From Actinomycetota bacterium (GTDB lineage Bacteria; Actinomycetota; Actinomycetes; S36-B12): DNA of 64,000 bases. The stretch spans positions 65,343-129,342 of the forward strand of contig VGBL01000002.1 of the NCBI GenBank assembly GCA_016870515.1, given 5' to 3'. The translations under genes were made by a program, and so were the position numbers. Below the pieces are notes generated by a model that worked only from the letters and a program-made list of their open reading frames with translations, was not told the DNA's origin and did no database searches. Below, in pieces: positions 28,725 to 39,676 of the stretch (its first letter is position 1; every line of letters begins with the position of its first letter).

Positions 28725-31413
28725 CCGCGGAGTAGGCCACGATTCCGCGGTCGACCAGGTCGATCGCGGATCGGGTTCGCCCGCGTAGCGGATCATCGGT
28801 CGGCAGTGCGCCGTGAATCTGGTCGAGGAGATCGATGACCTGCCGGGCCCACCGGACGAAATCTCCGGCGGCCAATTCGGCCTCTCCCAGGATCGATGCC
28901 AGGCGTCCACCCTGGACCCATCGATGCATCGGCCACACGAAGCCCAAATCGAGCTCGCGTTGGAATCGCACCTCGTGCTCGCGTTGAACGACGTCGAGAT
29001 CAACCCAGAGCGAGACAGTTGCCTCGAGGGCCCGACGGATGTCGCCCCCCGGCAGGCGGGGTGACTCCTCCCGCTGTCGCCCCTCGAACACGACGCCCGC
29101 CACGACGCTGGCCAGTGACGGCGCATCGAGTCCGTGCCACAGCCCCTCGCGAAGGGCCTGGGCGACGAGCAGGTCGAGGTCGGAGTAGATCCCGCTCAGC
29201 ACATCCCCCTCTTCCGTGACGAGCACTTCGCCCCCAAAGCGCCCGAGGTAGCCGAGCTCCAGCAGGACGTCGCATACTCGATCGAATTGCCGAGCGATGG
29301 AATGCGTCCGCGAGTCGACTCGCCGCTGGAGGGCCGCCGTCTCTCCCTGCAGGCGGTAGAAGCGCTCAGACCATCGCGCGTGCGCCTCGCGATCCGAGCA
29401 GCCGTGGCACGGATGTCGTCGTAGTGATGCACGCAGTGAAGCGATGAGCTCCTCGGTGGCGGAGTCGCGCGGAGCCTTGCGGGAACGCTTGGCGCTGGCC
29501 TCCTCGGCGAAGGGACGAAGTCGCTGGGCCAGGGCCTTGCGTTCACGGGTCGACCGCGAGTCGAGGTCGGCTCCGAGCCGCACCTGACCGAGCACGTCCG
29601 GCGGTGCTGCCAGGTCGGGTGCCGCCACGCGCCGAAACTGACGATCGAGGGTGACCACGCCAATGCGCGCGCTCAGTGCCTCGGCGGCAACCTCCACGAC
29701 GACGGCCGGGTTGGACCTGCGTCCGGACGCCAGGGCGATGACATCGCCGCGGCGCAGTGCTCGGAGCGCCTCGTCGACGCCCTGCTTCAGCACGCGACCG
29801 CGATCACGGCTCGCCTGTCGCTCGACCTCGCTGATCTCCTGGCGGATGCCGGCATATTCGGCGAAGTCACCCAGATGGCACGACATCGCGGTCAGGTAGC
29901 CCGCCATTGCCTCCTCGTTGCGTCGGATCTGTGATGCCATGCCTACCACGGCCCGATCCGCCTGGAATTGGGCAAACGACGTCTCGAGAATCTCGCGTGC
30001 CAACACCTGCCCCATCTGCCGAATGAGGCTGACCGCCATGTTGTAGCTCGGTCGGAAGCTCGAACGCAGCGGGTAGGTTCGCGTCGACGCGAGTCCGGCT
30101 AGGCTTTCCGGATCGAGGTCAGGGTGCCACACCACAACCGCGTTGCCCTCGACATCGATGCCTCGACGCCCCGCACGACCGGTGAGCTGGGTGTACTCCC
30201 CTGGCGTGATGCTCACGTGCGCCTCGCCATTCCACTTGACGAGCCGTTCGAGGACGACGGTGCGGGCGGGCATGTTGATACCCAGTGCGAGGGTTTCAGT
30301 CGCGAAGACCATCTTCAGTAGGCCGCGCTGGAAGAGCTCCTCCACCACCTCCTTGAAGATCGGCAGCAGCCCGGCGTGGTGAGCCGCGACCCCGCGCCTG
30401 AGGCCCTCGGCCCAGATGTCGTAGTCCAGGGCGACGAGGTCGTCATGCGGGATATCCCCGGTCCGCGCCTCCATGAGGGTCTCGACCTCGGCCCGTTCCA
30501 CAGGCGTGGTCAGCCGGATTCCCGCGGCAAGGCACTGCTCCACGGCCGCATCACATCCGGCCCGGCTGAAGATAAAGGTGATGCCCGGGAGCATGTGCTG
30601 GTCGTGCAAGGTGGAAACGACGTCGGTGCGCCACGGGGTATTGCCGTCACGACCGCGACGCCGACCCCGGCCGCGGTCCGCCGACCACTTGGCTGCCTCT
30701 CGGGCCAGGCGGACGAGTTCGGGATTGACCCTGGTGTGCTCGTCGTCCACGAAGAGATCGAGAAGGCGGTCGCCGATCATCACCTCCTGCCACAGTGGGA
30801 CCGGCCGATGCTCGTCGACGACGATCTCAGTGTCGCCGCGCACCGTGGTCAGCCATTCGCCGAATTCCTCGGCATTACTCACCGTTGCCGATAGGGCCGC
30901 CAGCAGGGTGCCCTTTGGCAAGTGGATGATCACCTCCTCCCAGACGGGGCCGCGGAAGCGATCCGCGAGGTAGTGGACTTCGTCCATCACCACGTAACCG
31001 AGGCCTCCGAGCGTCTCGGAAGATGCGTAGAGCATGTTGCGCAGGACCTCGGTGGTCATGACGACGACGGGTGCCTCCCCGTTGATGCTGTTGTCTCCCG
31101 TGAGCAGGCCCACGCGATCGGCTCCGTAGCGGCGCACGAGGTCGTGGTACTTCTGGTTGGACAACGCCTTGATCGGGGTCGTGTAGAAGCACTTGCGGCC
31201 GTTCTCCAGGGCAAGGTGCACGGCGAATTCGCCCACCACCGTCTTGCCGGCCCCCGTGGGGGCGGCGACCAGAACGCTGCGGCCATCCACCAGGGCAGCG
31301 CAGCCTCGCTCCTGGAAGGCGTCGAGCGGGAAGTCGTAGCCGGACCGAAAGCCGGTGAGGGGATCCTTCGCCCGCTCGCGGGCCGCGGCGTGACGCTCAG
31401 CGGGGCTCGGCAC
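28717..31413 (-). CDS. helY: Ski2-like DExH RNA helicase HelY
   Basis: APTGAGKT, PIKALSNQKY, DEVH, SAT, HHAG and QLTGRAGRRG; C-terminal DSHCT (GDFVRW). Confidence 0.95.
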   Translation of the reverse strand: MPSPAERHAAARERAKDPLTGFRSGYDFPLDAFQERGCAALVDGRSVLVAAPTGAGKTVVGEFAVHLALENGRKCFYTTPIKALSNQKYHDLVRRYGADRVGLLTGDNSINGEAPVVVMTTEVLRNMLYASSETLGGLGYVVMDEVHYLADRFRGPVWEEVIIHLPKGTLLAALSATVSNAEEFGEWLTTVRGDTEIVVDEHRPVPLWQEVMIGDRLLDLFVDDEHTRVNPELVRLAREAAKWSADRGRGRRRGRDGNTPWRTDVVSTLHDQHMLPGITFIFSRAGCDAAVEQCLAAGIRLTTPVERAEVETLMEARTGDIPHDDLVALDYDIWAEGLRRGVAAHHAGLLPIFKEVVEELFQRGLLKMVFATETLALGINMPARTVVLERLVKWNGEAHVSITPGEYTQLTGRAGRRGIDVEGNAVVVWHPDLDPESLAGLASTRTYPLRSSFRPSYNMAVSLIRQMGQVLAREILETSFAQFQADRAVVGMASQIRRNEEAMAGYLTAMSCHLGDFAEYAGIRQEISEVERQASRDRGRVLKQGVDEALRALRRGDVIALASGRRSNPAVVVEVAAEALSARIGVVTLDRQFRRVAAPDLAAPPDVLGQVRLGADLDSRSTRERKALAQRLRPFAEEASAKRSRKAPRDSATEELIASLRASLRRHPCHGCSDREAHARWSERFYRLQGETAALQRRVDSRTHSIARQFDRVCDVLLELGYLGRFGGEVLVTEEGDVLSGIYSDLDLLVAQALREGLWHGLDAPSLASVVAGVVFEGRQREESPRLPGGDIRRALEATVSLWVDLDVVQREHEVRFQRELDLGFVWPMHRWVQGGRLASILGEAELAAGDFVRWARQVIDLLDQIHGALPTDDPLRGRTRSAIDLVDRGIVAYSAVT

Positions 31414-31422
31414 GCCCCCAGA

Positions 31423-32322
31423 CTACGCCGAGCGGCCCGGGACGATGACGCTCAGCACGCCGGGCCGCAAGCGGATGCTGATAGGCAGCGGGCCCACTCG
31501 CTCGCCGTCGGCGTAGGCGAGTTGTCCGGGTGCACTCAACTCGATCTCGCGAGCTCGGTAGGTGCTCACGAAGGGCTTGTTTACGTGAGTGCCGCTGAAC
31601 ACAGATGGAAACACGCGAATGAAGGTGGGTGTGCTAACCGCGTGCAGCCACGTGACGTCGAGCAGGCCGTCGTCGGGCACGGCTCCAGGGCACACCTTCA
31701 TGCCGCCGCCGTAGGAAACGCCGTTGCCCACCGCAACCAGCATGGCGCCCTCGCGGATCTCGCGGCCATCCAGGATGGCGGTGTATTCGACGGGTCGAAA
31801 CGTGCGAAGCTCACCCGCGATGGCGACGACGTATCGCGCCTTCCCCTTGGGCCACGTCATGCGATTGGCTCGTTCATTCACGAACGAGTCGAAGCCCGCG
31901 GAGAGCACCCCCAGGAAGTAGCGCTGGGTGCCGTCGGCAGCAGTCACCTCAGCGAGGTCCACCCGACGCCTGACTCCCTCCGCCAAGGCCCGCGCCGCTC
32001 CCGCCGGGTCCCTCAAGGGGATGCCCAGGGTGCGTGCGTTGTCGTCTCCCGTGCCCACGGGCAGGATTGCCAGCGCGGTCTCAGACCCCGCGAGCTCCTG
32101 GACGGCGTGGTGCAGCGTGCCGTCACCACCCGCCACGACGACTTCCCGAGCTCCGGCGTCGCGCGTCTGGGCGATCCGCGCGCGCAGGTCACGCGCGTCG
32201 CGGGATGCCTCGACGATCGCCCGTACGCCGAGCGCCTGGAGAGCCCCGACGAATGATGGCATTGCCTTACCCGCCCGACCGCCGCCTGACGTGGGGTTGA
32301 CGATGATCGTGACTTCGCGCAC
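31423..32322 (-). CDS. diacylglycerol/lipid kinase family protein (YegS/DAGK)
   Basis: NPTSG, GGDGT, P.GTGDD.AR, YGGGM, DDGLLD and ADGE. Confidence 0.92.
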   Translation of the reverse strand: MREVTIIVNPTSGGGRAGKAMPSFVGALQALGVRAIVEASRDARDLRARIAQTRDAGAREVVVAGGDGTLHHAVQELAGSETALAILPVGTGDDNARTLGIPLRDPAGAARALAEGVRRRVDLAEVTAADGTQRYFLGVLSAGFDSFVNERANRMTWPKGKARYVVAIAGELRTFRPVEYTAILDGREIREGAMLVAVGNGVSYGGGMKVCPGAVPDDGLLDVTWLHAVSTPTFIRVFPSVFSGTHVNKPFVSTYRAREIELSAPGQLAYADGERVGPLPISIRLRPGVLSVIVPGRSA

Positions 32323-32324
32323 GA

Positions 32325-33197
32325 CTAGGACGTCTCAGGCGCGTCGATGGGTGACGCCTCGTCATCATCCCACGTATCGAAGTCCTGCCCGGGCCCGAGT
32401 TTGCGCGCACGACGACGATCGTTGGCGAGGCAGACGAGGATCGCAATAATCATCAGGAAGAGGACTGGCGCCGCTAACAGGATCATGTTGACCGGATCAC
32501 CGGTCGGTGTCGCCACAGCCGCAAAAATGCAGACGGCAAAGATGATCCATCGCCACCACGAGAGAAGCTTCTTGCCCGTGAGTATACCCGCGAAGTTGAG
32601 CAGCACGAGCAGGAGCGGTGCGAGGAAACCGACGCCGAAGACGATGACCATGCGGATGAAGAAGGACAGGTAGCGATCGACCGAGACGATGTTCTCGACG
32701 TTCTGCGGGGTGAAGCCGAAGAGGATCTCCAGGCCGTAGGGCAGCACGACGTAGGCAAGGGCAACGCCCATCCCGAACAGCGGAACGGCCAGGGCAACGA
32801 ATCCGATAGCCCAGCGACGCTCGTTCTTTCGGAGGCCGGGGGTCACGAACCGCCACAGTTGATATAGCCACACAGGGGAGGACAGCAGCAGACCGGTGAC
32901 CGCGGCGACCTGAAGTTGCAGCACGAAGGGGTCCGCGACGCCTGTCAGCGCGAGGGTTACCTCGCGACCGTCGGCGCGCGCCTGCGCGACGACCGCCTCA
33001 AACGGCGCGGACAACCAGGCGAAGATTCGGTCGTAGTAGATCCAGCCGACGACCATGCCCACGACGATCGCGAGGCCGGCCTTGACCAAGCGCGAGCGCA
33101 ACTCACGCAGATGCTCCACGAGGGGCATTGCAGACTCAGAGTTGGACGCACCCCCGCGACGGCGCTTCGGGGGGCTGGTGTCTGGCGGCGCGGCCAC
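32325..33197 (-). CDS. tatC: twin-arginine translocase TatC
   Basis: MPLVEHLRELR.RL, YQLW.F..PGL..NE and A.ATPTGDP. Confidence 0.96.
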   Translation of the reverse strand: MAAPPDTSPPKRRRGGASNSESAMPLVEHLRELRSRLVKAGLAIVVGMVVGWIYYDRIFAWLSAPFEAVVAQARADGREVTLALTGVADPFVLQLQVAAVTGLLLSSPVWLYQLWRFVTPGLRKNERRWAIGFVALAVPLFGMGVALAYVVLPYGLEILFGFTPQNVENIVSVDRYLSFFIRMVIVFGVGFLAPLLLVLLNFAGILTGKKLLSWWRWIIFAVCIFAAVATPTGDPVNMILLAAPVLFLMIIAILVCLANDRRRARKLGPGQDFDTWDDDEASPIDAPETS

Positions 33198-33203
33198 CGG
33201 CTA

Positions 33204-33497
33204 TTACTCGGAGCGCTCCGGCTGCGGGGCCGGTGTGGCGCTCTGTTCCTGGGGAGGAGCCAGGTCAGCAGTCGGAGGTGCCGAAGGGAGGGGCGCAGCG
33301 GCCTGAGCGGGTCCTGCGTCGACGGCCGCGGGCGCATCCGTGGTGCCGTCGGCCTGCATCTCGCGCGTTTCGGACTTCAGGATGCGCAGCGACCTGCCGA
33401 GGCCACGCGCCACATCCGGGAGCCGCTTGGCGCCGAAGAGCAAGAGGATGATCAGGACGAGAATGAGGATCTCGGGCCCTCGCAGATTGAAGGGCAT
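33204..33497 (-). CDS. tatA: twin-arginine translocase TatA
   Basis: LLLFGAKRLPD.ARGLGRSLRI.KSE. Confidence 0.96.
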   Translation of the reverse strand: MPFNLRGPEILILVLIILLLFGAKRLPDVARGLGRSLRILKSETREMQADGTTDAPAAVDAGPAQAAAPLPSAPPTADLAPPQEQSATPAPQPERSE

Positions 33498-33577
33498 GCC
33501 TCCGCCTTTCGTCAGGGCCGCGTATCACGGCGTGCCGGCACCTCCATGGTAGCCCTCCAGCAGGGACCATGGGCTAT

Positions 33578-34513
33578 CTAGGAGCGACTCAGGGCGGCTC
33601 GCGCGGATGCTGCGACCTCCTGCCGCAGGTCCTCGGGCTGCTCGACCACGAGATTGCCACCTTGTCCCAGGACGAAGCGGACGATCCAGGCCCGGTCGGC
33701 CACGCGAAGAGTGGCCCTCCCCCCGTGCCCGAGGTCACGAACGACGTCCACCAGATCGAGTGCGTCCAGGATCCAGGCGGCGCTTTCGGTGAAGGCGAGC
33801 CGCACCGGGAGGCCCGACGTGGGCGCGGTGGCGAGCGGTGCGAGGTCGTCGGGGACCACGGCGGGCTCGTCGAGGGCTCGGGCGCTCACGACACGATCGA
33901 GGCGGAACGTCCGTTGCGCCCCGGCAACGCGGCACCACGCATCGAGGTAGTCGAATCCGTCCTGATGAACGACCGCGCGAGGATCGACGACACGATCGGT
34001 GATGGCATCGCGCGTGGCTCCGGCGTAGACCAGATGCAAAGCTCGACGGCGTGCCAGCGCGTCGTCGAGCACCGAACGCACCGCATCGGGCGTGGTCTGG
34101 ACGACCACGACCGACTGTCCTGCATCAAGGGCCGCGCCCGCGGCCTCCTCCAGCTTGGCGGTTGCTGACGCGATCGCCCCGCGTTCGTGGCTTCCGGGCA
34201 CCTGCGCGAGCATGCGGAGTCCGACCGCGAGTGCCGTGGCTTCGGCGATGCTCAGTCGCAGGGGCCGCTCGAGGGTCTGCGGGTCGATGACGTCGATGAT
34301 GCCGTCGTCGTCCCAGAACTGGATGTCGATGAGTTGATCCGGGCCATGCCCGGGCAGCCCACAGCACACGACGAGCCACAGATCGCGCTCGAGCTCGCCC
34401 GGGGTGACGCCGAAATGTCGCGCCGCCTCCGAGATCGAGACCCCGCTGCGCTGGGACAGCCAGGGCACGAGAGCCAGCAGCCGCGAGAGGCGCTCGGCGG
34501 CGGGGGCACTCAC
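33578..34513 (-). CDS. pafC: WYL-domain transcription activator PafC
   Basis: RL.RLL.LVP., CGLPG.GP..LID, HTH plus WYL domain with R.FRLDR. Confidence 0.92.
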   Translation of the reverse strand: MSAPAAERLSRLLALVPWLSQRSGVSISEAARHFGVTPGELERDLWLVVCCGLPGHGPDQLIDIQFWDDDGIIDVIDPQTLERPLRLSIAEATALAVGLRMLAQVPGSHERGAIASATAKLEEAAGAALDAGQSVVVVQTTPDAVRSVLDDALARRRALHLVYAGATRDAITDRVVDPRAVVHQDGFDYLDAWCRVAGAQRTFRLDRVVSARALDEPAVVPDDLAPLATAPTSGLPVRLAFTESAAWILDALDLVDVVRDLGHGGRATLRVADRAWIVRFVLGQGGNLVVEQPEDLRQEVAASARAALSRS

Positions 34514-35466
34514 CTTGCACCCCCGTGAGCCTGGAGAACAGCGGCGAGTGATTGCTGGACCTGACCGCGGAGCTCGACCGGGTCGATGACCCGCGCCGAG
34601 GTCCCGAGTTCGGCGATGTCGGACACGAGCTGGCTCTCGTCCGAATACCGCACGACAAGCGGTGAGTCAGCCGGATCATCAGCGCGCAGCCGGAGCCGCA
34701 CTCCCCCGGAGGTCACCTCGACGCGAGCCACCGCGATCGGGTCGTCATCTGCGAGCCGCTCGATGACGCCTCGCACATCGCGGGCGGTGACCCTGTCGAA
34801 TTCGCCCGGCGGTGAAGAGGCAGTGATCGTCCCCTGCACCCTGGAGAGTCGGAAGACCCGGGTGTCGGCGCGATCGCGATCGTGCCCCGCGAGATACCAG
34901 GCTCCGCGGACGCGGGCCGTCCCCCAGGGCTCGACGATACGCTCACCCGTCGCGGTATCGCGCAGCCCTCGATAGGCGAATCCCACGACCCGTCGCACCC
35001 GTATCGCCTCCCAGAGGGTCGGCAGGAGATGGTCGCCAGCGCCCGGCCTTGCGGTCAGGCTGACCCCGATATCGAGGGATTCCGATCGAGCACCGGTCAC
35101 GGCCTCGATCTTGCGCAGGGCCCCCTGGGCAGCGCTGCCCAGGGCCGCATCGCTCCAGGCCTGCGCAGCAAGACCCAGCACCGCGAGCTCGGCACTCGTG
35201 AACGCGACTGCTGGCATGGAGTACTCGTCGCTGCGAATTCGATATCCCTCGACGTCCCCGTCACACGACAGGACGGTGTCGATCGGCACGCCCATGGTCC
35301 GAAGCTCGTCCTTGTCTCGCTCGAACATGCGCTCAAAAGCCTCCGACGATGCCGAATCGCCGTAGCCGGGCACCGCCTCTCTGATGGCTGCACGAGACAC
35401 CGGAATGCGAGCACCGAGTAGGCAGAGAACGAGATTGAGCAGCCGCTCCGTACGATCCGTGCGCAC
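34510..35466 (-). CDS. pafB: WYL-domain transcription activator PafB
   Basis: ERLLNLV.CLL, F.RMFERDK.ELR..G, VEPWG, WYL.G.DRDR and FRLSR. Confidence 0.93.
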   Translation of the reverse strand: MRTDRTERLLNLVLCLLGARIPVSRAAIREAVPGYGDSASSEAFERMFERDKDELRTMGVPIDTVLSCDGDVEGYRIRSDEYSMPAVAFTSAELAVLGLAAQAWSDAALGSAAQGALRKIEAVTGARSESLDIGVSLTARPGAGDHLLPTLWEAIRVRRVVGFAYRGLRDTATGERIVEPWGTARVRGAWYLAGHDRDRADTRVFRLSRVQGTITASSPPGEFDRVTARDVRGVIERLADDDPIAVARVEVTSGGVRLRLRADDPADSPLVVRYSDESQLVSDIAELGTSARVIDPVELRGQVQQSLAAVLQAHGGAR

Positions 35467-35481
35467 GCTCCCCGCCCTGGG

Positions 35482-35841
35482 TCAGCCGACGTCGAGAAGA
35501 TCGATGATGAAGACCAGGGTGCGCCCAGCGAGACGATGCCCACCAGACTCGCCGTAGGCCTTGGCGGGCGGAATGACCAACTGACGACGACCGCCAACTC
35601 GCATCCCCGGGATCCCCTCCTGCCAGCCGGCGATCAAACCCGCGAGCGGGAACCTGATGGGCTCACCGCGATCCCACGACGCATCGAACTGCTCGCCGGT
35701 CTCGAAGTCGACGCCGACGTAGTGCACGATCACCTGGTCGCCAGCCTTGGCCTTGGCACCATCGCCCACAACTAGGTCGGTGACGACCAAGTCGGTCGGC
35801 GGCGGTCCGTCGATGAAGTCGATCTCAGGCTTGTCCGTCAT
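35482..35841 (-). CDS. FKBP-type peptidyl-prolyl isomerase (cytoplasmic)
   Basis: MTDKPEIDF, VHYVG, FDASWDRG, GW.EG..GM.VGG.R and AYG. ATG 35841 follows GGAGG. Confidence 0.93.
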   Translation of the reverse strand: MTDKPEIDFIDGPPPTDLVVTDLVVGDGAKAKAGDQVIVHYVGVDFETGEQFDASWDRGEPIRFPLAGLIAGWQEGIPGMRVGGRRQLVIPPAKAYGESGGHRLAGRTLVFIIDLLDVG

Positions 35842-35855
35842 GGTTCCTCCGGTGC

Positions 35856-36440
35856 TCAGGGGCTGGACAGCATGTCGACGACGAACACGAGCGTCTCGTT
35901 GGGCCCGATGCCCGAGCCGGGCGGCGGGTTGGGGCCGTAGGCCAGGTCGCCCGGGATGATCAGGAGCCGGCGTCCACCGGGCTTCATGCCGGGGATCCCC
36001 TCCTGCCAGCCAAGGATCACGCCATCGAGGGGGAAGGTGGCGGGCTGTCCGCGCGCAAACGACGAGTCGAAGATGGCACCGGAATCCAAACCGACCCCGC
36101 AGTAGTCCACGGTGACGGTGGCCCTGCCAGCGACGGAGTCTCCGGACCCCTCCACGACGTCGAGTGTCACGAGCGATGTGGCCGGGTTCGCGGCCTCGCT
36201 GACCCCGACCAGTGGGGCGGCGCCCACGATCGCTGTCGTCGCCACGCCGTCCTTCTCCACCGAGTCCGCCGGTGGGCCATCGGCCACCGTGGGCGGGGCG
36301 ATCTGCAGGCAGTCGCTGGTGGCCCATGCCGCCGCGGGCTCAGTGGGTGCTGCGGAGGAGGTCGATTCGCTGGGCGTGGACGAACCTCCGCAGGCGGCGA
36401 GGAGTATGGCTGCTCCGACAAGAGAAAGGGGTAAGCGCAC
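35856..36440 (-). CDS. FKBP-type PPIase lipoprotein
   Basis: Lipobox LLAAC; FDSSF.RG, VI.GW.EG..GMKPGG.R, LAYG and TLVFVVD. Confidence 0.92.
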   Translation of the reverse strand: MRLPLSLVGAAILLAACGGSSTPSESTSSAAPTEPAAAWATSDCLQIAPPTVADGPPADSVEKDGVATTAIVGAAPLVGVSEAANPATSLVTLDVVEGSGDSVAGRATVTVDYCGVGLDSGAIFDSSFARGQPATFPLDGVILGWQEGIPGMKPGGRRLLIIPGDLAYGPNPPPGSGIGPNETLVFVVDMLSSP

Positions 36441-36477
36441 GGCCCCACCCTAGCCTGGGCCCTCGGTCGATCGAGGT

Positions 36478-37848
36478 CTACATGCTCGCGATGAGTTTGT
36501 CGACGCGCTCGTCCACGCTAGCGAACGGGTCCTTGCACAGAACGGTGCGCTGGGCCTGATCATTGAGCTTCAGGTGCACCCAGTCGACGGTGAAGTCACG
36601 GCGCCGCTCCTGCGCACGACGTATGAACTCCCCGCGCAGGCGTGCCCTGGTGGTCTGCGGAGGCACGGACTTGGCCTCAAGGACCTCAGGCTCGTGGGTC
36701 AGGCGCGTCACCTGCCCGTGGCGAAGGAGCAGGTAGTAGAGCCCGCGCGAGCGCGTGATGTCGTGGTAGGCCAGGTCGAGCTGGGCAACGCGCGGATCGG
36801 CCAAGGCCATGGCGTGCTTCGCCATGTAGCGCTCAATGAGTCGCAGCTTGATCACCCAGTCGATGTCGTTCTCCACGAGTGACAGATCGCCCGTCTCGAC
36901 CGCCTTGAGGGTGCGCTCCCACAGCTCGAGGGTGCGACTGGCGACGGACCCCGGATCATCCGCGTACCCCTGTCGATCGGCGAAGTCGCGCGCCCTCTCG
37001 AAGTACTCCGACTGGATCTGCAGGCTGGTCAGTTCGCGCCCGTTGGCCAATCGCACGGTGCGCGTGCCCGATGGATCGTGACTGATCTCCCGGATGGCGC
37101 GAATGGGATTCTCCAGAGTCAGATCGCGCATGACGACGCCCGCCTCGAGCATGCGCAGGACGAGGTCGGCCGAACCGACCTTTAGCAGCGTGGTCGCCTC
37201 GCTCATGTTGGAGTCGCCGACGATCACGTGCAGGCGCCGATAGCGCTCAGCGTCGGCATGGGGCTCGTCGCGGGTGTTGATGATCGGCCGAGAGCGCGTC
37301 GTTGCGCTGGAGACGCCCTCCCAGATGTGGTCCGCTCGCTGGCTCACACAGTAGACGGCTCCCCGCGGGGTCTGCTGGACCTTGCCGGCCCCGCAGACGA
37401 TCTGTCGCGACACCAGGAAGGGGAGCACCGAGTCGGCCAGCTTCTGGAACTCGCCGTGACGGGACACGAGGTAGTTCTCGTGGCAGCCGTAGGAGTTGCC
37501 GGCGCTGTCGGTGTTGTTCTTGAAGAGGTAGATCTCTCCCGCGATCCCTTCTTCGTGCAGGCGCCGCTCGGCATCGAAGAGCAGGCCTTCGAGGATGCGT
37601 TCGCCGGCGCGATCGTGCGTGATCAACTGCACGATGTCATCGCATTCGGCGGTTGCGTATTCGGGGTGGCTACCTACGTCGAGGTAGAGTCGCGAGCCAT
37701 TGCGGAGGAACACGTTGCTGCTTCGGCCCCAGGACACCACGCGCCGGAACAGGTAGCGCGCTACCTCATCAGGACTCAGTCGACGTTGACCACGAAACGT
37801 GCACGTGACGCCGTACTCGGTCTCGATCCCGTAGATGCGGCGCTCCAC
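36478..37848 (-). CDS. pafA: Pup-protein ligase
   Basis: [46 protein letters not shown] and DWVHLKLND. Confidence 0.98.
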   Translation of the reverse strand: MERRIYGIETEYGVTCTFRGQRRLSPDEVARYLFRRVVSWGRSSNVFLRNGSRLYLDVGSHPEYATAECDDIVQLITHDRAGERILEGLLFDAERRLHEEGIAGEIYLFKNNTDSAGNSYGCHENYLVSRHGEFQKLADSVLPFLVSRQIVCGAGKVQQTPRGAVYCVSQRADHIWEGVSSATTRSRPIINTRDEPHADAERYRRLHVIVGDSNMSEATTLLKVGSADLVLRMLEAGVVMRDLTLENPIRAIREISHDPSGTRTVRLANGRELTSLQIQSEYFERARDFADRQGYADDPGSVASRTLELWERTLKAVETGDLSLVENDIDWVIKLRLIERYMAKHAMALADPRVAQLDLAYHDITRSRGLYYLLLRHGQVTRLTHEPEVLEAKSVPPQTTRARLRGEFIRRAQERRRDFTVDWVHLKLNDQAQRTVLCKDPFASVDERVDKLIASM

Positions 37849-37850
37849 GA

Positions 37851-38588
37851 CTACGACCCGCTATCGGGGGACTCGGGCACTCCGGCCGGCGCGGGCCCCG
37901 CAGCGGGCTCCCCCAGTAACTCGGCGAGCCGGTCCACGCCCAGGCGCCGGAACGAGCGACGCGGTCGTGACCGCTCAAGAACGCCAACCTCCAGTTGGCC
38001 CGCCTCGGGTTGTGCCGCGTCGCCCGCGCCCAGAGCCCGGACGGCAAGACCGAGGGCAACGCCCAGCTCGAGCCCCGGGCGCCACTGGTCGGACAGCACG
38101 GCGGAGATCTCCTCGGCCTGCCCGCCCATCGCCACAAAGCCTCGCTCGTCTGCCACTGATCCGTCGAAGGTCAGGCGATACAGCTGGTCGTCGTCAGTCG
38201 CTCGACCGACCTCGGCGACGACGATCTCCACCTCGTAGGGCTTGGTGGTCTCGGTGAAAATAGCCCCTAATGTCTGGGCATAGGCATTGGCGAGGCTGCG
38301 CCCGGTCACATCACGTCGATCGTAAGAGTAGCCCCGCAGGTCCGCCAGACGCACCCCGGCTACGCGCAGGTTCTCGAACTCGTTGTACTTGCCCACCGCG
38401 GCAAAGGCGATGCGATCGTAGATCTCAGAAATCTTGTGAAGGGCGCGTGAGGGATTTTCGGCCACGAAGAGGATGCCATCGGCGTATTGCAGGACGACCA
38501 CGCTCCTGCCCCGCGCGATTCCCTTGCGCGCGTAGTCCGCCTTGTCCTTGATGATCTGCTCGGGCGAGACATAGAACGGCACCGTCAT
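37851..38588 (-). CDS. prcA: 20S proteasome alpha subunit
   Basis: [23 protein letters not shown] and [10 protein letters not shown]. Confidence 0.98.
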   Translation of the reverse strand: MTVPFYVSPEQIIKDKADYARKGIARGRSVVVLQYADGILFVAENPSRALHKISEIYDRIAFAAVGKYNEFENLRVAGVRLADLRGYSYDRRDVTGRSLANAYAQTLGAIFTETTKPYEVEIVVAEVGRATDDDQLYRLTFDGSVADERGFVAMGGQAEEISAVLSDQWRPGLELGVALGLAVRALGAGDAAQPEAGQLEVGVLERSRPRRSFRRLGVDRLAELLGEPAAGPAPAGVPESPDSGS

Positions 38589-39436
38589 GACGCGCCCCCG
38601 CCCGGCAGGGGGGCGACTGGGCCGTCGGGTGCCGACAAGCGGGCATTGACGACCGCTTGGACAACCGCCTCCACGTCGGATTCCGCGACCATGCGCACAC
38701 CGATGGCATCCACCACGGCGATAACGGGGAAGATCCGCCGCGTCAGGTCAGGGCCGCCCGTCGCCGAGTCATCATCGGCCGCGTCGTAGAGAACCTCAAT
38801 CGCGGTCGTCAGCGCGTCTGCCTCGGTCATCCCCGCGCGATAGAGCTTCTTCACCGAGCCCCGGGCGAACATCGATCCTGACCCCACGGCGTGGTGCTCG
38901 CGCTCTTCGTAGCGTCCGCCGGTGACGTCGTAGGAAAAGATGCGCCCCCGGCCGCTCGCGAGGTCATAGCCGCCGAACACCGGCACCACGGCGAGCCCCT
39001 GCAGGGCCATGCTGAGATTGCCGCGAAGAAGAGCCGCGAGGCGGTTGGCCTTGCCGTCGAGCGACAGCGGAATGCCCTCGATCTTTTCGTAATGCTCGAG
39101 CTCGACCTGGAAGAGCCGGACCAGCTCGACGGCGATGCCGGCCGCCCCTGCGATTCCCACCACCGAATGCTCATCGGCGGGGAACACCTTCTCGATATCT
39201 CGCTGCGCAATCACGTTGCCCATCGTGGCTCGTCGATCACCCGCCATGATGACGCCACCGGCGTAGGTGAACGCGACGATGGTGGTCGCGTGCGGAATGT
39301 CGCCCAGGCCCTCGCCGGTCACGACAGGAAGGGACGACCTGGGGCCGTCGAGCACAGCCAGGAAATCAGCAAACGACGACCCGCCGGGTGCCATGAAGGC
39401 GGCGGGCAGTCGGCCGTGCCATGGCTCCAGGCTCAC
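38585..39436 (-). CDS. prcB: 20S proteasome beta subunit (propeptide plus catalytic Thr)
   Basis: PH-A/TTIV cleavage site, [13 protein letters not shown] and [10 protein letters not shown]. Confidence 0.98.
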   Translation of the reverse strand: MSLEPWHGRLPAAFMAPGGSSFADFLAVLDGPRSSLPVVTGEGLGDIPHATTIVAFTYAGGVIMAGDRRATMGNVIAQRDIEKVFPADEHSVVGIAGAAGIAVELVRLFQVELEHYEKIEGIPLSLDGKANRLAALLRGNLSMALQGLAVVPVFGGYDLASGRGRIFSYDVTGGRYEEREHHAVGSGSMFARGSVKKLYRAGMTEADALTTAIEVLYDAADDDSATGGPDLTRRIFPVIAVVDAIGVRMVAESDVEAVVQAVVNARLSAPDGPVAPLPGGGAS

Positions 39437-39633
39437 TCACCACCCTTCTGCACAAACGACTTGACGAAATCCTCGGCATTCTCCTCGAGGACCTCGTCGA
39501 TCTCGTCGAGGATGGCGTCGACGTCAGCATCGAGGGCATCGCGCTGCGTGGAGCCCTCGGGCATGGCGACATCGACCTCATCCTGCTCGGGCCGCGAAGC
39601 TCGCCGCTGCCCTTCGGACCCCTGGGTGCTCAT
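39433..39633 (-). CDS. pup: prokaryotic ubiquitin-like protein Pup (C-terminal GGE)
   Basis: [22 protein letters not shown]. Confidence 0.98.
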   Translation of the reverse strand: MSTQGSEGQRRASRPEQDEVDVAMPEGSTQRDALDADVDAILDEIDEVLEENAEDFVKSFVQKGGE

Positions 39634-39676
39634 GCCCCCACCCTAGACCGAGAGCACGGCCGGGGCCCGACACGCT

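Noticed and set aside
33544-33572. CCATGGT...ACCATGG inverted repeat between pafC and tatA
   Set aside because: Short arms built on a self-palindromic hexamer that overlaps a probable TACCAT -10. Too weak to call as an operator or terminator.
33578-35466. WYL proteins as markers of a defence or CRISPR-associated system
   Set aside because: They are canonical PafB/PafC in the standard pafA-FKBP-pafBC-tatAC-helY context.
35482-36327. Apparent 281-aa FKBP overlapping the FKBP lipoprotein (possible frameshift fusion)
   Set aside because: The extension is an off-frame read of the upstream gene. A proper GGAGG plus ATG start exists at 35841.
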